A stretch of 64,000 nucleotides of DNA from an uncultured Prevotellaceae bacterium (GTDB lineage Bacteria > Bacteroidota > Bacteroidia > Bacteroidales > Bacteroidaceae), in the NCBI GenBank assembly GCA_902784065.1, contig CACZTJ010000032.1, positions 61-64,060 of the forward strand. Direction: 5' to 3'. The notes beneath the pieces were generated by a model that did not search any database, had not been told where the DNA came from, and saw nothing but the letters and a program-made list of their open reading frames with translations. A program made the position numbers and the translations under genes. Of the stretch, positions 62,316 through 64,000 are shown one piece after another (position 1 is the stretch's first letter; each line of letters opens with the position of its first letter).

Positions 62316-62381
62316 ATGTGTTTTTCATAGTATTAGATTTAAGGTTAACAATTAGGCTCGCAGCGGCGGGCCATTTTTTTT
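62316..62381 (+). ncRNA. Putative sRNA D
   Basis: TACCTTTG 62306-62313; GTGTTTTTCATAGTATTAGATTTAAGGTTAACAATTAGGCTCGC; hairpin followed by T8. Confidence 0.65.
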
Positions 62382-62414
62382 GCCTGAAATCGAACTAAGA
62401 AAAACGTTTTTTGA

Positions 62415-63590
62415 TTATCTGTTTTTGTTGATCACAAACCAGTTGTGCACGAAGTTGTAAAGCAACAGAGAAGCCAGTACAAGTCCGAGGGCTGTAAGTA
62501 AAATAGGTGTCTTTTCACCTTCGAACAGCGCATAGCCAAGTCCCAAGCCCCAGGCGATACCACTCTCCCACCCAAGCATAAATGTGCTTTGTGAGGTACC
62601 ACGCTTACAATGCCGACTCAGTTTGATAAAAAACAGGAGGAAACGTGAGCCGATGATTCCCAAGCCAAATCCCACGAAGGTAGGAGCGGCAAAGTCCACA
62701 ATCTGTTGGGTACGCGTCAGCATCATCAGCAAAGCAGCCCCCATCAGGATCAAACCGGTCACCACCTCACTCTTGACATCTGCATCGCGAAACACAAAGC
62801 GCTGTGCCAGAATTGCCAACAAGAAACCAACCATCATCATCGCAAAGAAAAGTTCAGTAAGTGCCAGCGAGAACAATAATCCCACTGCCAGCATGATCAG
62901 TTGGAGATTCAGAAACAAAGGAGCGCCATGAGGCAAGAAGAACCGATCGAGACTTACCGTAGGAATATCGTCCTGAGGTGCCCTGAAGGGGAAATCCACC
63001 AGGAATATCAGCACAAGTGATGCAGCAGCCAAGCCAGCAGCAGTTATGATCACTGTCTCAAAACCTGCTAAGCGTTGCAGCAGTAATCCTGCCAATGGTC
63101 CTAGAGAAAGGGCGAAACGTCCAAACCACGCAGCAGCATGATTGGCCTCTGTACGCTGGTAGCTCTCACAGGTATCAATGATGAGCGTGCTGGTAAGCAC
63201 CATCTGTGCGAGTCCAAAGCAGGCCCCCAAGGCAAAACGCTGAATGAGCATCAACGAGAGGTCGGCATATAGTCCAGACTCTACACCTACATAATAGATC
63301 AGTCCGAAGAGTCCCACCATTGCCAATACAGCGAAAAGACATACCTGGTTACGGCGATAATGCTGAACCAAGAACGACACGAATGCGCCAAAAGAGAAGA
63401 GTCCGACACCAAACACACCCATTGCCAAACCTGTCTCCTGAAGAGTGAATTCCTGTGTGAGGAGCAGCCACTGTGGCAAGGTCGGCACTAAGATATAGAC
63501 CGCCATCGTCAACAGCAGGTTAGCAAAGGCCATGCGCCAGAAATCATGATGCCAGAGTCGGATATGTACAGGCGTATTTTGAGAATTCAT
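62415..63590 (-). CDS. MFS transporter
   Basis: About 12 hydrophobic segments; RLW..DFW start; RGTSQST. Confidence 0.8.
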   Translation of the reverse strand: MNSQNTPVHIRLWHHDFWRMAFANLLLTMAVYILVPTLPQWLLLTQEFTLQETGLAMGVFGVGLFSFGAFVSFLVQHYRRNQVCLFAVLAMVGLFGLIYYVGVESGLYADLSLMLIQRFALGACFGLAQMVLTSTLIIDTCESYQRTEANHAAAWFGRFALSLGPLAGLLLQRLAGFETVIITAAGLAAASLVLIFLVDFPFRAPQDDIPTVSLDRFFLPHGAPLFLNLQLIMLAVGLLFSLALTELFFAMMMVGFLLAILAQRFVFRDADVKSEVVTGLILMGAALLMMLTRTQQIVDFAAPTFVGFGLGIIGSRFLLFFIKLSRHCKRGTSQSTFMLGWESGIAWGLGLGYALFEGEKTPILLTALGLVLASLLLYNFVHNWFVINKNR

Positions 63591-63594
63591 GTAT

Positions 63595-63999
63595 TTAAAT
63601 TGAGTTCAACAAACGCTGAAGAGATTCATAATTAATAGACTGATAATCAACTATCTGAATATCAGAATATAGTTTAATATCTTCAGCCTTATTAGTGGTT
63701 GCCAACCCTACAACCGCCATATCGGCAGCACGACCAGAACGCAACCCATTGAAGCTATCTTCGAACACGATACACTCGGACTTTTCTGCCCCCAGACGCT
63801 CTGCAGCCTTCAGATAGCAGTCAGGATCGGGCTTGCTACGATCAAAGTCCTCCGAAGTGAGAATGGCATCGAACAGCGTTTTGAAACCAGGCTGATAACG
63901 ATACACACTCTCCATCTTGGGGATATTCGAACTCGTAACCACAGCAGTCTTCACCCCATGCTGGTGCAGATCGGCAATCAACGCCTCGAAGCCTGTGAT
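63595..63999 (-). CDS. HAD-family phosphatase (partial; 5' end outside window)
   Basis: VVTSS, SKPDPDCY, VFEDSFNG; frame open to the window edge. Confidence 0.88.
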   Translation of the reverse strand: MTGFEALIADLHQHGVKTAVVTSSNIPKMESVYRYQPGFKTLFDAILTSEDFDRSKPDPDCYLKAAERLGAEKSECIVFEDSFNGLRSGRAADMAVVGLATTNKAEDIKLYSDIQIVDYQSINYESLQRLLNSI

Positions 64000-64000
64000 A

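Overview
Chromosomal window from a Bacteroidales bacterium, most likely Prevotella/Segatella-like (TAnnTTTG -7 promoter boxes, gene content). About 20-64 kb is mostly housekeeping and nutrient genes: a TonB-receptor operon, carB, tRNA-Ser, serC/serA, rnpB, htrA, a sigma-70, rsmE, lspA, dksA, ileS, dcu and pgm. About 0.1-20 kb is accessory. It holds a phage-like module with no capsid and no integrase, split in two. The left half has a truncated sigma-like/Cys-rich protein, a DUF3127-like protein, an AEP primase-helicase and a P5-like putative lysin. The right half has an origin-like palindromic locus, an HU-like gene and an unannotated 33-aa smalltalk-type peptide. Between the halves lie sRNA-like units, a lipoprotein/ORF6N cassette and an XRE + PLD-SNF2 helicase + type IIG-like methyltransferase defence island. 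The strongest unexplained signal is an exact 25-bp sequence in the last codons of the primase-helicase gene (642-666) that recurs inverted 17.7 kb away (18310-18334) as an arm of the origin-like locus. Recombination between the copies would swap one 9-aa C-terminal tail for another 9-aa tail. Also seen: four related putative sRNAs, REP-like repeats (one inserted in frame in the primase gene), and about 8 short apparent deletions (including in rnpB and serC) that are probably assembly artefacts. All family assignments come from motif recognition by eye; no searches were run.
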